Assembly (NCBI GenBank): GCA_028534125.1
Contig: CM052816.1
Coordinates: forward strand, 58,468,001-58,532,000
Source: Lama glama
Taxonomy: Eukaryota
Reading direction: 5' to 3'
DNA: 64,000 nucleotides
A program made the translations under genes and the position numbers. Below, in pieces: positions 40,449 to 54,271 of the stretch. The notes beneath the pieces were generated by a model, which was given only the letters and a program-made list of their open reading frames with translations, made no database searches and had not been told where the DNA came from. How positions within the stretch are numbered: position 1 is the first letter of the stretch; every line of letters begins with the position of its first letter.

Positions 40449-41343
40449 GTAAACTTCTACCCAGAAAGGTTTTCCCAGGAAACAGTTAATAGTATTGGAA
40501 CATTCATCCTCTCCATTAAATGACTCGTAGCTAGCTGTTCTCATGAAACTTTTGTAGCTTTCTATAGGTGTTGTAAATACATACCTGAAAATTTTTTGAA
40601 AAGGAAGTTAAGATAATAATATAAAATAGTTCATAGTGAAAGACTTTCTCAATGACTTCTATGGAGTATTAGATATTAGAGTAATAATTTAGCAATCTGA
40701 CATTTGAAAGTATAATGATATTTTATCATCAGCTGGGTGTTATGGTATAGTTTCTTATGTCACTTGTGTAAGGTATGTAAAAATTGGAATTTTTTTTGGA
40801 GCAAAATGTAAATACTGTTTTCACTTAATGATTTTTTTGGTTATCAGTAACAAATCAACTTAAGCAAAAAAGATTTTTACTTTAGGTTATATCATGGAAC
40901 CCAAGTCCCTGTCCAGTTGTTTTGTATAGTGGTGATTTCTTCAGGCAGTAATAATAATGATTTTTTAAAATCAAGCATGACATTAAAACTTTTTCTTAGT
41001 ATTTTCTGTGAGAGCTTTATTGAGGTTTGTATTATATTACATTTTTCAGAATAATTAAACCTCTAATTCATATACATAAGGTGCTTCATTGGTCTCAGGG
41101 GGCTAGTTTTCTTGTTAAGTGAAAGGTTTACTGATTTTACAATATGTGCTCTAAGTTAGCACATGTAACTAAAAGGATATCGTATAGATTATACAATTTA
41201 GTTAATGAAATTGTAAGAGGTATAGTCTTTCATGATTGAAATATGTTGCTAAATATACTACCTGATTAAATTAAGAATCGTTCTCACTTTGGTTTTCCCT
41301 GAATAGCATAGATATTATGCTGGGCAATTATTTTGATTCTTCT

Positions 41344-41427
41344 TTTTTTTAATGGAGGTACCGGGGATAGAAACCAGAACCTCATGCATCCTAAGCACAG
41401 GCTCTACCATTGAGCTCTTACCCTCCC
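41344..41427 (-). mobile_element. Short tRNA-Ala-derived SINE in SMN intron 4
   Basis: Reverse-complement tRNA head + T run. Confidence 0.75.
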
Positions 41428-41517
41428 TGCTATTTTGGTTCTTTTGACATTGAATCTCTTTTCCTTTTTATGTATTGAAACTGGTAAATTAATCCTCCTT
41501 TGAAATATTCTTTATAG

Positions 41518-41607
41518 CCAGGTCTAAAATTCAGTGGCCCACCACCACCACCACCGCCACCACCCTTCTTGTCATGCTGGCTGCCTCCATTTCCTTCTGG
41601 ACCACCA
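41518..41607 (+). CDS. SMN1: SMN exon 5, 90 nt (polyproline)
   Basis: PGLKFSG-P9[17 protein letters not shown] acceptor, GTGAGT donor. Confidence 0.97.
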
Positions 41608-42420
41608 GTGAGTGCAAAAGAATTCAGATTAAACCTAGCTTTCATACCTAGTTTGGAATTGAGCAGAGCGTAGGTGGTTAGGAAATGTCATTTTATACCA
41701 TTCCTTGGGTGAGATTTTAATGGGTAAAAATTCAAACTCAACTTCTGGGTTTTTGTTTTTAATGACCTTCTGCCACACAGACTCAATTCTCTTTAACCCC
41801 ATCTCTGAGTCCTGTTTTTCATGCTTTCTGGCAGAAGTTGTATCTCATTCTAAGGGAGTAGCTTGTATCCAAAAAGATTTAATTACACCATCTATAAGGA
41901 TTAATGTTTTGCCCTTCCAGATAATGCTTCGATGTTACCTTCTGGTCACGTAGACTATCCAGATACCTAATGGGAGACTTTTAGGTATCAACAGTAGGCA
42001 AGACACAAAGACATTTTTTGGCAAACTATGTGTTGGTGGGGGACAGTGCAGATGTGCTACCCAAAACCTTTACTTGGAATGCTCTGTGGGTGTTTTTTAA
42101 GGAAAACCATGAAAGTATTTATCCTTGGTCTTTTACCAATAGCTTCATAATGAAATAGAAAAATAAGTCTAATCAAAGCAAAATGTTTAAAATACTTTAT
42201 GTGACCTATTGTCTTTTGAGTCTGTTCAATTTATTGGTCATTTGTTGTTGTTCCTGGCTGGCTTTCTCCAAATGACAGATTTAAAAAATTTTTTAACTAG
42301 GAGATGACATGGAATGTAGGGAAAGATACAACTAACATCCAGTATTCTGTATGTAAAATGGATTTCCAGACTTTACATTTTTATCTGTTGCCTTTAAAGT
42401 ATATCTTTCTCTATTTCCAG

Positions 42421-42531
42421 ATAATTCCCCCACCGCCTCCCATATGTCCAGATTCTTTGGATGATGCTGATGCTTTGGGAAGTATGTTAATCTCTTGGTA
42501 TATGAGTGGCTATCATACTGGTTACTATATG
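42421..42531 (+). CDS. SMN1: SMN exon 6, 111 nt (YG box)
   Basis: [46 protein letters not shown] donor. Confidence 0.98.
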
Positions 42532-42641
42532 GTAAGTGATCACTCAGCATTTTTTCTGACACTTACTTTGTGGTTTCGTGACTTTGTTTTGTTTGTGACC
42601 AAAAAGTTGTTTGTTAGGTAGATCCTAAGGGTTGAAAACTA

Positions 42642-42957
42642 TAGGCATACCTCAGAAATATTGCAGATTTGGTTCCAGACCACTGCAGTAAAGTAAATAT
42701 CACAATAAAGTGAGTTACATGAATTTTTTGGTTTCCTAGTACATACAAAAGTTATGTTTACACTATACTATATTTCTATTATGTATGTAATAGCATTATA
42801 TCTAAAAAAAGTACATACTTTAAAAATACTTTATTGCTCAGAAACGTTATCATCTGACAACACAGGGTTGCCACAAACCTTCAGTTTGTAAAAAAAAAAA
42901 AAAAAAAAGCAGTATCTGTGAGGTGTAATAAAGCACAAAAAAAATGAGGTATGCCTG
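42642..42957. mobile_element. Tigger1-derived non-autonomous DNA transposon
   Basis: TIRs (T)AGGCATACCTC / GAGGTATGCCTG with flanking TA. Confidence 0.88.
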
Positions 42958-43066
42958 TACCCTGTAGTTTAAAAAAATAACATCTATCTGTCTATGGCTA
43001 AAATTACTCTTGTGTTGTCCCCCTAAGTATAGCTGTAGTGCAGTTTAAGTTGGATTATTTTGATTT

Positions 43067-43388
43067 CAGTTGGCTCTCTGTATCCATGAGTTCTGCATCC
43101 ACAGATTCAACCAACTGTGAATTGAAGATATTCAAAGAAGAAAATTCCAGAAAGTTTCAAAGAAGCAAAACTTGAATTTGCTATGCATCGACAACTATTT
43201 ACATAGCAGTTACATAGTATTAGATATTATAAGTAATCTGGAGATGATATAAAGTATATGGGAGGATGTGCATAGGTTAAATGCAAGTACTGTGCCATTT
43301 TATATAAGGGACTGGAGCATCCACAGATTTTGGTATTCAGTGAGGGGGTGTCTGGAACCAGTCCCCCATGGCCATCAAGGGATGACTG
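43067..43388 (-). mobile_element. MER2-like (TcMar-Tigger) element
   Basis: CAGTTGGCTCTCTGTATCC...GGGATGACTG termini. Confidence 0.82.
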
Positions 43389-44026
43389 TGTATGTTTTCT
43401 AATTTAATGACACTTTTTCTAAATTATTTTCCAGTCATTAGTGTTTCTGTTTTGATTTGAAATAAAATGGGTTGTAGGAGATGGAAAAAGAAAGGATAAT
43501 ACTTTGGAAAAAAGAAAAAATGAAGACGAAAGAAAAAAAGTTATTTTTGTGTACAGAGGAAAGTCTGGGGTGATAAATGGCTAAACTAAATCTTAGGGAC
43601 TGAGGCTTCAAGTTTGTTGTTTTATGTGTCAGTCTTTTGGAGCCATGTTCAATTGTAATTTAGCAGGAAATTTTAAAGTTTAAAAAATGAAAACTGGTAT
43701 GCCATGCCAAGATTACAATATGATATTGTAGACACTTGAATTTTTAGTTAATTAATATATAGAAAAAATAAACAACTGACTTGAAGGTGTAATTTTATAA
43801 GTATATCATCTGTACGTGCCTCCACCAATATTCTTACTTAAAAGTTACTCTTCATCTGTTGTGTAACCCTAGTATATTTGTATGAAGTTTCCCTTTTAAT
43901 GACTGAAAAGATAATGGAAAGTAAAAGTTCATAGTTTGTAATTTTTTTGAGACTAATCATTTGACTTCCTAAGCTTCCCTCTTCTGCACTTCAATTTCTC
44001 CATATTTTTTAAAAAATTATGAAATA

Positions 44027-44337
44027 AAGTCATTCCTTGGTATCTGCAGGGGATTGGTTCCAGGACCCTCATGGGTACCAAAATTCAGGGATGCTCTAAT
44101 CCCTTATAGACAGTGGCATAGTACTTGCATATAACCTACACACGTCTTAACTTTAAATTATCTTTAGATTGCTTATACTACGTAATAGGATGTAAATGCT
44201 ATATAAATAGTTGCCAGAGTTTGGCAAATTCAAGTTTTGCTTTTTGGGACTTTCTGGAATTCCTTTTTTCTAATATTTTTGATCTGTAGTTGGTTGAAAC
44301 TGTAAATATGGAATCCATGAACACAGAGGGCCAACTG
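44027..44337 (+). mobile_element. MER2-like element, opposite orientation
   Basis: AGTCATTCCTTGGTATCTGCAGGGGATTGGTTCCAGGACCC...GAGGGCCAACTG-TA. Confidence 0.82.
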
Positions 44338-44499
44338 TATTTTGAAAAATAATGTATATATAAAGTATTAGCATAATTTATGTTTATTTTTAAATTTCTT
44401 AGGGAAAGATAGAGGGGGCAGAATTCATCCATAACTCTGTTACCCAGATGTTTTCAGGTTCACATTACGCATAGGTTCATAGCTTTGGTTGGTTGTTGT

Positions 44500-46010
44500 T
44501 GTTAATGTAAGCTTTTTATTGAAATGTGCTCGCAGGAAAGTGCTTATATTAGAAGTCCACAGTTTGATGAATTTTCTCAAAGTGATCACATCTGTATAAC
44601 TAGCACCAATATCAAAAAAAAAAAACCACAATCCTACAGTCTACTTTTATCTCCTTTTAGTCATTACCAATCCCTTTCCTCAGGGTGACCTTTTCCCTAA
44701 CTTTTAATGTCATAGATTAATTTTGCTCTCTTTTGATTTTTATGGATAGAATCACACATATACTCCTTTGTGGCTGGCTTATTTTGCTCGGCATTTTGTG
44801 AAATTAATCTACCTTGTTGTATGAAGTTGTAGCTGTATTTCATTCCATTGTATGCCTATACCATAATCTATTTATTCATTTTAATCATTGTTGGACATTT
44901 GATTTGTTTCCAGTTTGGGGCTATTAAAAATAGTGTTACTATGAATCTTTTTTAATAATTAAGTTTTATTAACATATAATCTACATGGAATACAAGTTAC
45001 CCTTTTAAGTCTGCAAGTCATGGTTTTGGTTTTTATTATATTTACAATTATGTAGCCATCACAGCAATCAGTTTTCCAGTAATTTCATTATCTACCTCAA
45101 CCCTAATAAAAACACATACCCTCATTTTCCCCAATCTCACAGTACTGGTCAATGACTAAACTACTTTCTTTCTTTATGGACTTGCCTATTCTGGACATTT
45201 TGAATAAATAGGATCATAGTATATGTGGACTTTTGTGTCTGGCTTTTTTCACTTAGTATAATGTTTTCTAGATATATGTGTGTCACAGCATGTATCATCA
45301 GTACTTCATTTTTTATTGCAGAATAATACTCCGCTGTGTATACCACACTTTATCCATTTGGGTTGTTTCCACTTTGGGGCTATAATGAGTAATGCTGCTG
45401 TGTATGTTCATGTACAAGTTTTTATGTGGATGTATGTTTTCATTTCTCCTGGGTATATACCTACGAATGGAATTAATAAGTCATAGTTTGTGAAGGTTTG
45501 GCTTTGGTAGGTAACCGAACCAAAGTACAAGTGTTTTGTTACTGTTTTTAAAATAATTTCAGACTTCCAGAAAAGTGAAAATAGTTCAAGAGTTTCCATG
45601 TACAGGTTCCCCACATGTCAACTTTCTACCACTTCAAGTTTCTTATTCTCATTCATTTCATTTTTCCTTCTCTCTCCCTCTCCTCTTTCTGTCCCTTGTT
45701 TTCTCTCTCTCTCTCGCTCTATGTATGTAAATCTCTATTTTCCCCCTGAAACAATTTTAGAATCAGTTGCATGTATGATGATGCTTTACATTTAAATACA
45801 ATATGCATTTCCTAAAAGCAAGAACATACAATTATCAAGTAAGGAATTTAAATCAATATAATACTGTGATCTAATCTACTGGCCTCATTCAGATTTTACC
45901 AGTTGTCTTAGGAGTGTCCTTTACAACAAAAGAAAAAGTTGGCTTTTAGACCTGGAATTCAATCCAGGGCCACATGTTACACTTTGCTGTCATATCTCTT
46001 TAGTCTTACA
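44500..46010 (-). mobile_element. Cluster of old L1M 3'-end fragments
   Basis: ORF2-end remnants (EYYSAIKNE...LENIILSEKSQTQK; GIYPGEMKTYIHIKTCT). Confidence 0.7.
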
Positions 46011-46329
46011 TGGCTGATTTTTTATATTGTTGTCCTCATACCATTTATATTGCTTTGTATCCTTTAAAAATACCTATTTCCTAACTACAAATAAATAAAC
46101 ACATTACCTGAAAGTTTCAAAAATTAAAGATGAGACAAAAATCCTGGTGGTGATCAATCAAAGCCAGGCCCAGTTCCCACCTTTCTCCAGAAGTCACCAT
46201 GGATACTAGCCTGCTATATAGCCTATCAGATCTATTTCTCTGTGTTCAGGTACATATGAGCACTCACAAGAAATGTGTTGTTTTTATGTTCATCTTTCTT
46301 TATATAAAGACAAACTATAAGAATTTAGG

Positions 46330-48720
46330 TGAAGTTTGCTTTTCTTATCAGTCTGTTGGTGACCTATTCTGCTAAATTTGGTGACCATTTACTTCAACTA
46401 CATTCTTTCTGATTTCTCTATTTATCACATGATTTTTCTCCTCCTCTTCACAAACTCCTTAAAAGAGTTACCTCTAGTTTCCTTACCTCACCTTGTCTCT
46501 TCAGGCCTATCAGGTAGACTTCTGTCTTCCCTGCTTTGTGATTTTTACCTCCAGATTGCTAACTCAGTGGTCAATACACTGCTTTATCTCTCTTATCTCT
46601 CAGCAACATTTTAATATATTTGACTGCACTTTTGAAACACTTTTTTCTCCCGCCTTCAGTAACACCTTGTAATCTGCTGATCTGATATCTTCCTCCTTGG
46701 CTGCTCCTTCTAGACTCCTTTAATAGCTTGTCCTAGTATCTAAGGTCTAATACCTCTTCCTAATATCTAAATGGAATTCCTTATGGCCAGCCCACAGCCC
46801 CCCTCTCTTCTCTAACTATAAACTCTAGGTGACCTCAGCTACTCCAGGACTTAAAATGGCAGGTTAGTACTGGTAGTTCTCAGATACCTAGCTCTGGATT
46901 TCAGACTTGTTTATCTAACTGCCTGTTTTCCCTTCACCACATGGATGTCTGTTAGGTAGATCTCAAACCAAATATAGCCAAAACAAAACTGTTAGTGTCA
47001 TCTCACACTCCTCTGTTCCCACAGTCTTTACATCTCAGTAAGCAGTACATTGGTGCACTAGCAGCAATGGTTTCTCAAACCACAAACAGGGAGTTGACAT
47101 TGATTCCTCACTTACCTTCACTTTCTATATCCAATTTGTAAGAAAGTTCTGTTGACTATCTCCATACAGATCTTGAGTCAAGACACTTTGCTTTCTCTCC
47201 ACTGCTATTGCCCCATTTAAGATATTATCTCTTTTTAAATTGAAATATATATAATCACCCTTTTAAAGTGTACTGTTCATTGGTTTTTAAATTATATTCA
47301 CAGAGTTGTGCAACCACCATCATTATCTAATTCAAGAACATTTTCATCACCCATTAAAAAACCCTATACCCAGTAGCAGTCACTTTGTAATATCCCCTCC
47401 TCCCAGCCCATGGAGGCCACTAATCTGCTTTCTCTTTCTAAGGATTGCCTATACTGGACATTTCATATAAATGGAATCATACAATAATGGCTTTTTGTGC
47501 TTGGCTTCTTTCACATAGCGTAAGTTTCTCAAGATTCCTCTATGTTTTAGCATATATTAATACTTCATTTCTTTTAATTGCTGAATAATATTCCATTGTA
47601 TGGGGTACCACATTTTGTTTATCCATTCATCAGTTGATGGACATTTGGGTTGTTTCCTCTTTTTGGCTATAATGAATAATTCTGTTGTAAACGTTTGTAT
47701 AAAATTTTGTATGGACATATATTTTCCATTTTCTTCGGTCTACATCTGGGATTAGAATTGCTGGCTCAAAAGTTTGCTCTAGTGGAACCACCATACTATT
47801 TTCTAAAGTGACTGCACCATTTTACATATACATCAGCAATGTTTGAGGGTCCCTATTTCTCCACATCCTCACCAACGCTTACTGTTGTCTCCTTCTTTGA
47901 TTTTAGCTATCCTAGTGTGTGCAAAGTGATACTTTATTGTGACTTTGATTTGTATTTCCCTAATGACTAAATGATGTTGAGCATCTTTTCGTGTGATTGT
48001 TGGCCATTTATGTATCTTTTTTGGAGAAATGTCTATTCACACCCTTTGCATAATTTTTTAATTGGGTTGTTTGTCTTTTTGTTGATGAGTTGTAATAGCT
48101 CTTTATATATTCTGGGTAAGACATCATTATCTCTTACCTTGCTGTAGTAGATCCCAACTATTCTTTCTGATTATGAAATCTCACTTCCCACCCTGCCAAA
48201 TCCATTCTTTCCCTTTAAGACCCTCCAGTAGCTTCCAGTCACATTTAGGTTAAAATCCAAAACTCTACTGTGATTTGCAAAGTATCATGTGATGTTTATC
48301 TTGTCAAGTTCTTTATCCGCATCATATTCCACGCTCTTCCTTACTCACTGCACTCCTGCCACACTGGCCTCTTTTCTTCCTCATATCCAGGTTTATACCT
48401 TCTTCTGGGCCTATACATGCGTTATTCTTTAGTCTGGAATGTTGTTACCCTATATTTCACTTGCCTGGCTTGTCATTCAGATCTCAACTGAAATTTCGCC
48501 TTCCCTGTTTAAGATAGAAGTAATCTGCCATTATTCTCTATTATGTCACTCCACTTAGATTCTTTTTGTGGCATTTATCATTCCTCGTATGATTTTCCTT
48601 ACCTGTTTATATCTGTCTCCTTCCAGTAGAATGTAAGTTCCATGAGAGCAGGGACCTTGTCTGTGTTGTAACCCTTGGATCTCTAGCTTCTGGAGTAATG
48701 CCTGGTTCATAGTAAATCTG
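46330..48720. mobile_element. LINE-2 interrupted by an L1 3' fragment (~47233-48116)
   Basis: Pyrimidine-rich L2 motifs ending TAGAATGTAAGTTCCATGAGAGCAGGGACC; the L1 insert is bracketed by taaga(ca)t(c)attatctct repeats. Confidence 0.7.
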
Positions 48721-50230
48721 GTTCAGAATCAGTTCTTCATTTGTAAATGTTGAACATCAGCAAGCTTTTCCTTTGATAATTAGATAACCATTTTTATATA
48801 TAAAGCTTCTTGCAGATTATTTCCTTATGATATCTGGAAATACAGTTATTAGGTCCAAAAATACAGACATTTTAATAGCTTTTGATACTGTTGACTAGTT
48901 TTCCACAATTCTTCATGTGTGTATTGCTGCCAGTGCAACTGGAAAATGTCTGCTTTACCACAGCCTTAAACAGTAATGCCCCTTATTGCTTTCTTCTTTT
49001 TGATAGTTCTAGCAACAGTTAAAAAATACTAATCTGCTAACATGTTAGAATATATTTGATTTTAAGGGTGACATGGATGAAAATTAGAGTTGGTTAATTG
49101 TATTCATAAACATTCATATTTCACAAACTTGATTGTTCTGTTATTAAAACCTAGCAGATTTTCAACAAACTTTGAACTCTGGTCCTGACCAACAAAATGC
49201 AGGTGTTCCTGTTTCTTTTGTGTGTTCAAGCAGCAGTTCTTGGGAAACCAGCCTTGTCCAATATATTTGCCACAAATTCAGGGTTAACCTATTACTGACT
49301 TGTTCCAAAGAAATGATTTTTACTTTTAGCAGTATTATTTGTAGATCTGCATAAATTAAAATACAAACCTATGTTCACATTCAGAAGTGTAAAGAAATTG
49401 CCATTTCCTAGCTCTTGCATTTTTGTCTCTCTGAAATTTTTACCATTAAAAAGAAAGCACTTCTTATTGTCACATTTTTCAAAAGCTTATGTGTGTTTTA
49501 GACACCGTTGCCTTCAGCTAGCAATTCTTAACCATTGTTCCACAGAAGCATACATGATTGACAGCTTTTCCAATAGTAACCAGTTCCCGTTAAGAGCAGC
49601 CAGATAGGATTTGGGTCCAGCTCTTAACCTATACCTTTTTCTTTTTCTAGAACTCCAAGCAGAATGCAAATGAATAAGAGTGGTGTTTACTGAAATAACA
49701 GCACAGGTTCTAACTTTGGTGCTTATTAGTAACAAATCACTTTTAATACATCTGTGACCTCTGAAGATTAGTAGTAAAGTAGAAAGCTTGTATATATGTA
49801 GGGAAAAATAAAAGACATTGAGGCCAGAAGAGAGGAATAGGACATTTGGGTGAGGTCTGACCAGGAAAAACAGTAAATATTTGAGGATTGATTTTTTTTT
49901 TTTTTTAGTTTAAAAATATTTTTGTCTAATGAATACTGGTCTTTAATGGTTTTATTTTAATAAATAAGTATGGCATTGTATATTTTATTTGACAGAAATA
50001 AGGTGTAATTTGGCTCAGGAGCATCAGACTTAGTAAAAGAAAAAATTTCTTAATCACAGCATATTTTTTACTTTGGGATCACTTTTAAAGCACATTTGAA
50101 GGTTGTAAACTTATTTTCTGGTATTTTGTTGAAGAGAATTAGTGAAATATCTTAATTGAAACAAAATGTTTGTTCACCTCTGTATAAAATGTGTATTCAA
50201 TTCTTTTAAATTCCTTTATTTTCCTTGCAG

Positions 50231-50278
50231 GGTTTCAGACAAAATCAAAAAGAAGGAAGGTGCTCACATTTCAATTAA
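50231..50278 (+). CDS. SMN1: SMN exon 7 coding part (exon 50231-50281, 51 nt); total CDS 882 nt = 293 aa
   Basis: GFRQNQKEGRCSHFN-stop; long pyrimidine tract + CAG acceptor; GGA|GTAAGT donor; C at +6 (50236). Confidence 0.97.
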   Translation, partial: GFRQNQKEGRCSHFN

Positions 50279-53200
50279 GGAGTAAGTTTGCCATCATTAT
50301 AAAAGTAAATCTTACTTTTGCATACATTTTATATTTGTGGAAAACATATTTAAAAATTGAAGTATTGAAAAGTAGAAAAGTTAATATAAAATAATATTAA
50401 AAACATTTTGATGCCGAATCTGTTTGATATGTTGATCTACATCCTTTCTAGAATTCTCATGATGTCAAAGTATCATCTCAGCAAGTACTTTTTGTTTGAT
50501 AGTGTGGAAAGGAAAACATACCTTTACAAAAAAAGAATAGATCCTTAGAATCAGAGATGAAACTTTGCATCACTGTAGTCAGACAGCCAGACTTGCTTTT
50601 TGATTTGTGATGCAGTAGGAAATACACTGTGTTACCTGTGAAGTGTTCCGTTCAAAGAAGTTGAACTGGAATGTAAACAAACCTTTAAGATCTACTTTCC
50701 AATTTACTGGAAATAACTGGGGTTAGAGCGGTAAATTAAATGACACTACAAAATGACTTCTAAATTTGCATGCAAAAGTATTTAGAAGTGAAATGTTATG
50801 GTGTCTCTAATGTATTTTTTTAATGATTTAGCAAAATGCATATATATGTGTGTGTGAAGCACATGGCTATAATTGAATCTAAGTGGTGTTCATATGGATG
50901 CTCATTGTACTTTTTTTCTATGTTCTGTGTGTATGAAAAGTATATAAGAAAAATGTTCAGCATTTTTAAACTAAATTAGTAAAAGCTAAGTGTCTATTGT
51001 ATTCTCTTTTCACATATTTTATTACACTTTTGGTTCATATTCATCTATATTTTGATGTTTCAGCATTTTGTGCTTGCGTGTTGCATGCATCCCCACTTAA
51101 TATCACATTTTAAAATTTTTCTTTGTTCTGTCAGATTGTTTTCATGTATGTTATACCACTTTTCCTTTAGTTCAATAGCTTTCGGCATTCTCAGTAACAT
51201 TAGTAAATACCTTTTTATATGTGGTACTTGATTCTGTTCTAGCCTTAGGGTAACGTTGTGTTGTGACTATTTGATAAATGGTTGTGGACATTATGATTCT
51301 TGGTATATGTTTCCATGTTGCTTTGAAAAGCAAATTTCGAAAAAGCATCTTTTTGATTTTCAAAATCAGTGCATTCTTGGGAGGGATATTTTTAAAATTA
51401 TATAAATCATCATATTTAAAAACATAATTACCTGTATTTCATTCTTTGCTTAAAGTCTTTTTTTTCTTTTTTTTTTCCTTTTTAAAAAAAAAATCTCCAT
51501 TACGGTATGATTCCTGTATAGTAAATTACATGTATTTCAGATGAACAGTTTGATGAGTTTTGATAGATGTATACACCAAAGAAATCACCACCACAATCAT
51601 GATAGCTAACATGATTAAAGTCATTTTTATTCAACTGAAGTTCTTCAGCTAGGTTATTTAGCTAAGTCTAAAAAGGTGAAAAGAAAAAGTAAGCAGGGTT
51701 GCTGTTCCAGGCAGAGAATGTATAAGCTGGAAACATTAGGGCAGTGTGTTTCAAGGCCTAAGGTAGCCAAATGTCATATCACTGTTTCTAATGCCACTCA
51801 GCCTTCTTATCCACCCCCATCCATGTAGGTTCCCTTCTTTGAATCTGTTCTCTGCTTATTTCTATTACATAGCTTTTCACAGTATATTCTCTTCATTCTT
51901 TATGTACCTGGCTTTCCTCTGTCGTTAGAGGCAAGGCACTGCATCTTGTTCATCATGTCCACAGTATCTGGCACAGTCTCTTGACCTCTAAGATAGGCTT
52001 AGAGCATAGACTGGAGGGAATGTCAGAGAAGAGAGAAAACGGTAAATAGAAGAGAGATTTCAGAGTTGTTTTCAGATCAAATCTTTCACCCATCATGAAA
52101 GGTTAGGCCTCAGTTGTATGTCTTGCTAGAAGACTTTTCTTCATAAAAAATATTACATTAGGTGAATGGTTTGAAAGTTGAGTTACTTGTAGTGGTGTTT
52201 GACATAGGGTAATTTTTAGACACTGTTTTCCTTAACTTAAATATTGAATAATGAAGCCTCTTCCCCCTTCAGTACAGACAAGTACTGCAAAATCAACACA
52301 TTAAATGTCTAGACTAACCTTAGTAATAAAGTCAAAACAGATCTTGTTTTCTGGCTTTCACTGTAGTAATTGTCCTTGTGGTTGTGAGGAATCCTAGATG
52401 GAAAGTTCCATCATCTGTACCTGCATTCAGAAGAGAGGCAAACAGAAGGTGAGGTGCCATATTTGAAGAGTGCCTTCACTAAGGGATCAGCCAGAGATGA
52501 CTTTATCTCAGTCATGTTGTAAGTTTAGCTTTCTGTATGGTTGCCATTAACAGAAATAAACTACAGAATTAATGGTTTAAGTTATGTGTTGTTTGAAGTT
52601 CTTGGTGAATGAAAAAACGGTGAATTCAATTCAGAAATCACATTCTAAAAGTTTAACCAGAGCAACTCCTGCTTCTCCGGAAATCATGTTTATATACAGT
52701 AGTCAGCAGAAGAGATTCAGTATTCAGTTATTTCACTAAATACTTGGTGCGTTGTGCCATTTTTATGTATGAAGTGTGGCCTTTCAAGAGGATTCATGAA
52801 CATTTTTTACACGGCCCTCGTTTTTTCCCCTGGTATTTTTTTGAGGTATAATTTCTGTATAAGTGAAGAGTTTGATCAGTTTTGAGAAGTTACATTGTTA
52901 CTACATCAAGATGTAGAACATTTCCCTTAATCCAGCAGATTTCTTTGTACCCCTTTCTAGTCATTCACCACACTTTGTACCCCTTTCTAGTCATTCACAT
53001 TACCTATCCTGGCAGTCACCATCCTTGATTTCTGTGAGCAAAGAGTAGTTTTACTTATTTTAGGACTCCATGTAATGGAATCCTAATGACACGAAAATTT
53101 TCTTCCCTTTATATAATAATAGCCATATTTTTTGAGTGATTACTGAGTGTCCTAGACATAGTTATTTCATTTAATCTTTATACCACTCAAGTTATTCTCA

Positions 53201-54271
53201 TTTTGCAGATGAGAAAGCAGGCTCACCGAGGTGAAATGACTTGCCTTGGACCATATAGCAAATGGTGGAACTCTATATGACTCCAGAACTCTCTCTCCAG
53301 CTCTCAGCCTCCCAGCAGCTGTTTCTTCCAGGCTCCAAGGAGTCTTGTGCTACACGTGCATAATTTAGGATTTGGGCAAGGACCTAAGTAGAAATCCTAC
53401 GCAGATTTCTGGGGCTCCTCGTCAAATCCCTCCTCTCTAGACCTTACCTCTTCAAATTCCAGCTGCCTTATCCCAGGGCCCAGAGTCCAGTGTCTGTTTC
53501 TTCCACCCACCCAGGAAGAACAGCACTCTCTACTCAGGCTCTGCCTTCCATACTGCAGTTTGGAAATTGTGTCCAGCCAAGAGGGTGTAATGCGAAGCTC
53601 ACCTTAAGTATCTGCCTTTTCCAAGGATCTTGGTCCTGTGCTGTCTGTTGTCCAGTGCCTGGAAACAGTTGTATCGTAAATTGTGCCCAGATTTATAACT
53701 TATCACAGGAAAGCAAGTATACTACCAGCTATTCCTCCTACTTTTAAACAAACATCTCATCATTTTCTTCTTGAATACTTGGTTGTTTGACACAATTCAT
53801 TGCATCACTTTTTCCATTTTGGTTTTTATTTGTTGGATGATTTCTGAAAGATTAATTAGTTGTGAAGATTAAAACATAGTGTGCTAAACAATGATGATAT
53901 ATTCTCCATCTCTCAAGTACATAAGATTAACATGTCATATTTGGAGTTGTTGATGTACATATTTCTACATGACAGTAATACATCTATTTTGGGCTGTTTT
54001 GTTAAACATAGTTGCATAGAGTTATTTTTGTGAATTGTTGATTAGTTTCATATATTGGCTCTCAGAATCTAAATAGATCATCAAACGTTGTCATATTGCT
54101 TCCCCAGAGAGTAAGTAGTTAATAATACCCTCGTTCTTTACATTTATCTAATTGTTAGAGTATCTGCTTGTTAAAGTTTATTTTAAAATTATTTCTCCAT
54201 TGTTATTCATGTTTATAAAATAAAAGCTCTAAAATAATTTGAATCCATTTTTGAACATCATTCAGTTTATT

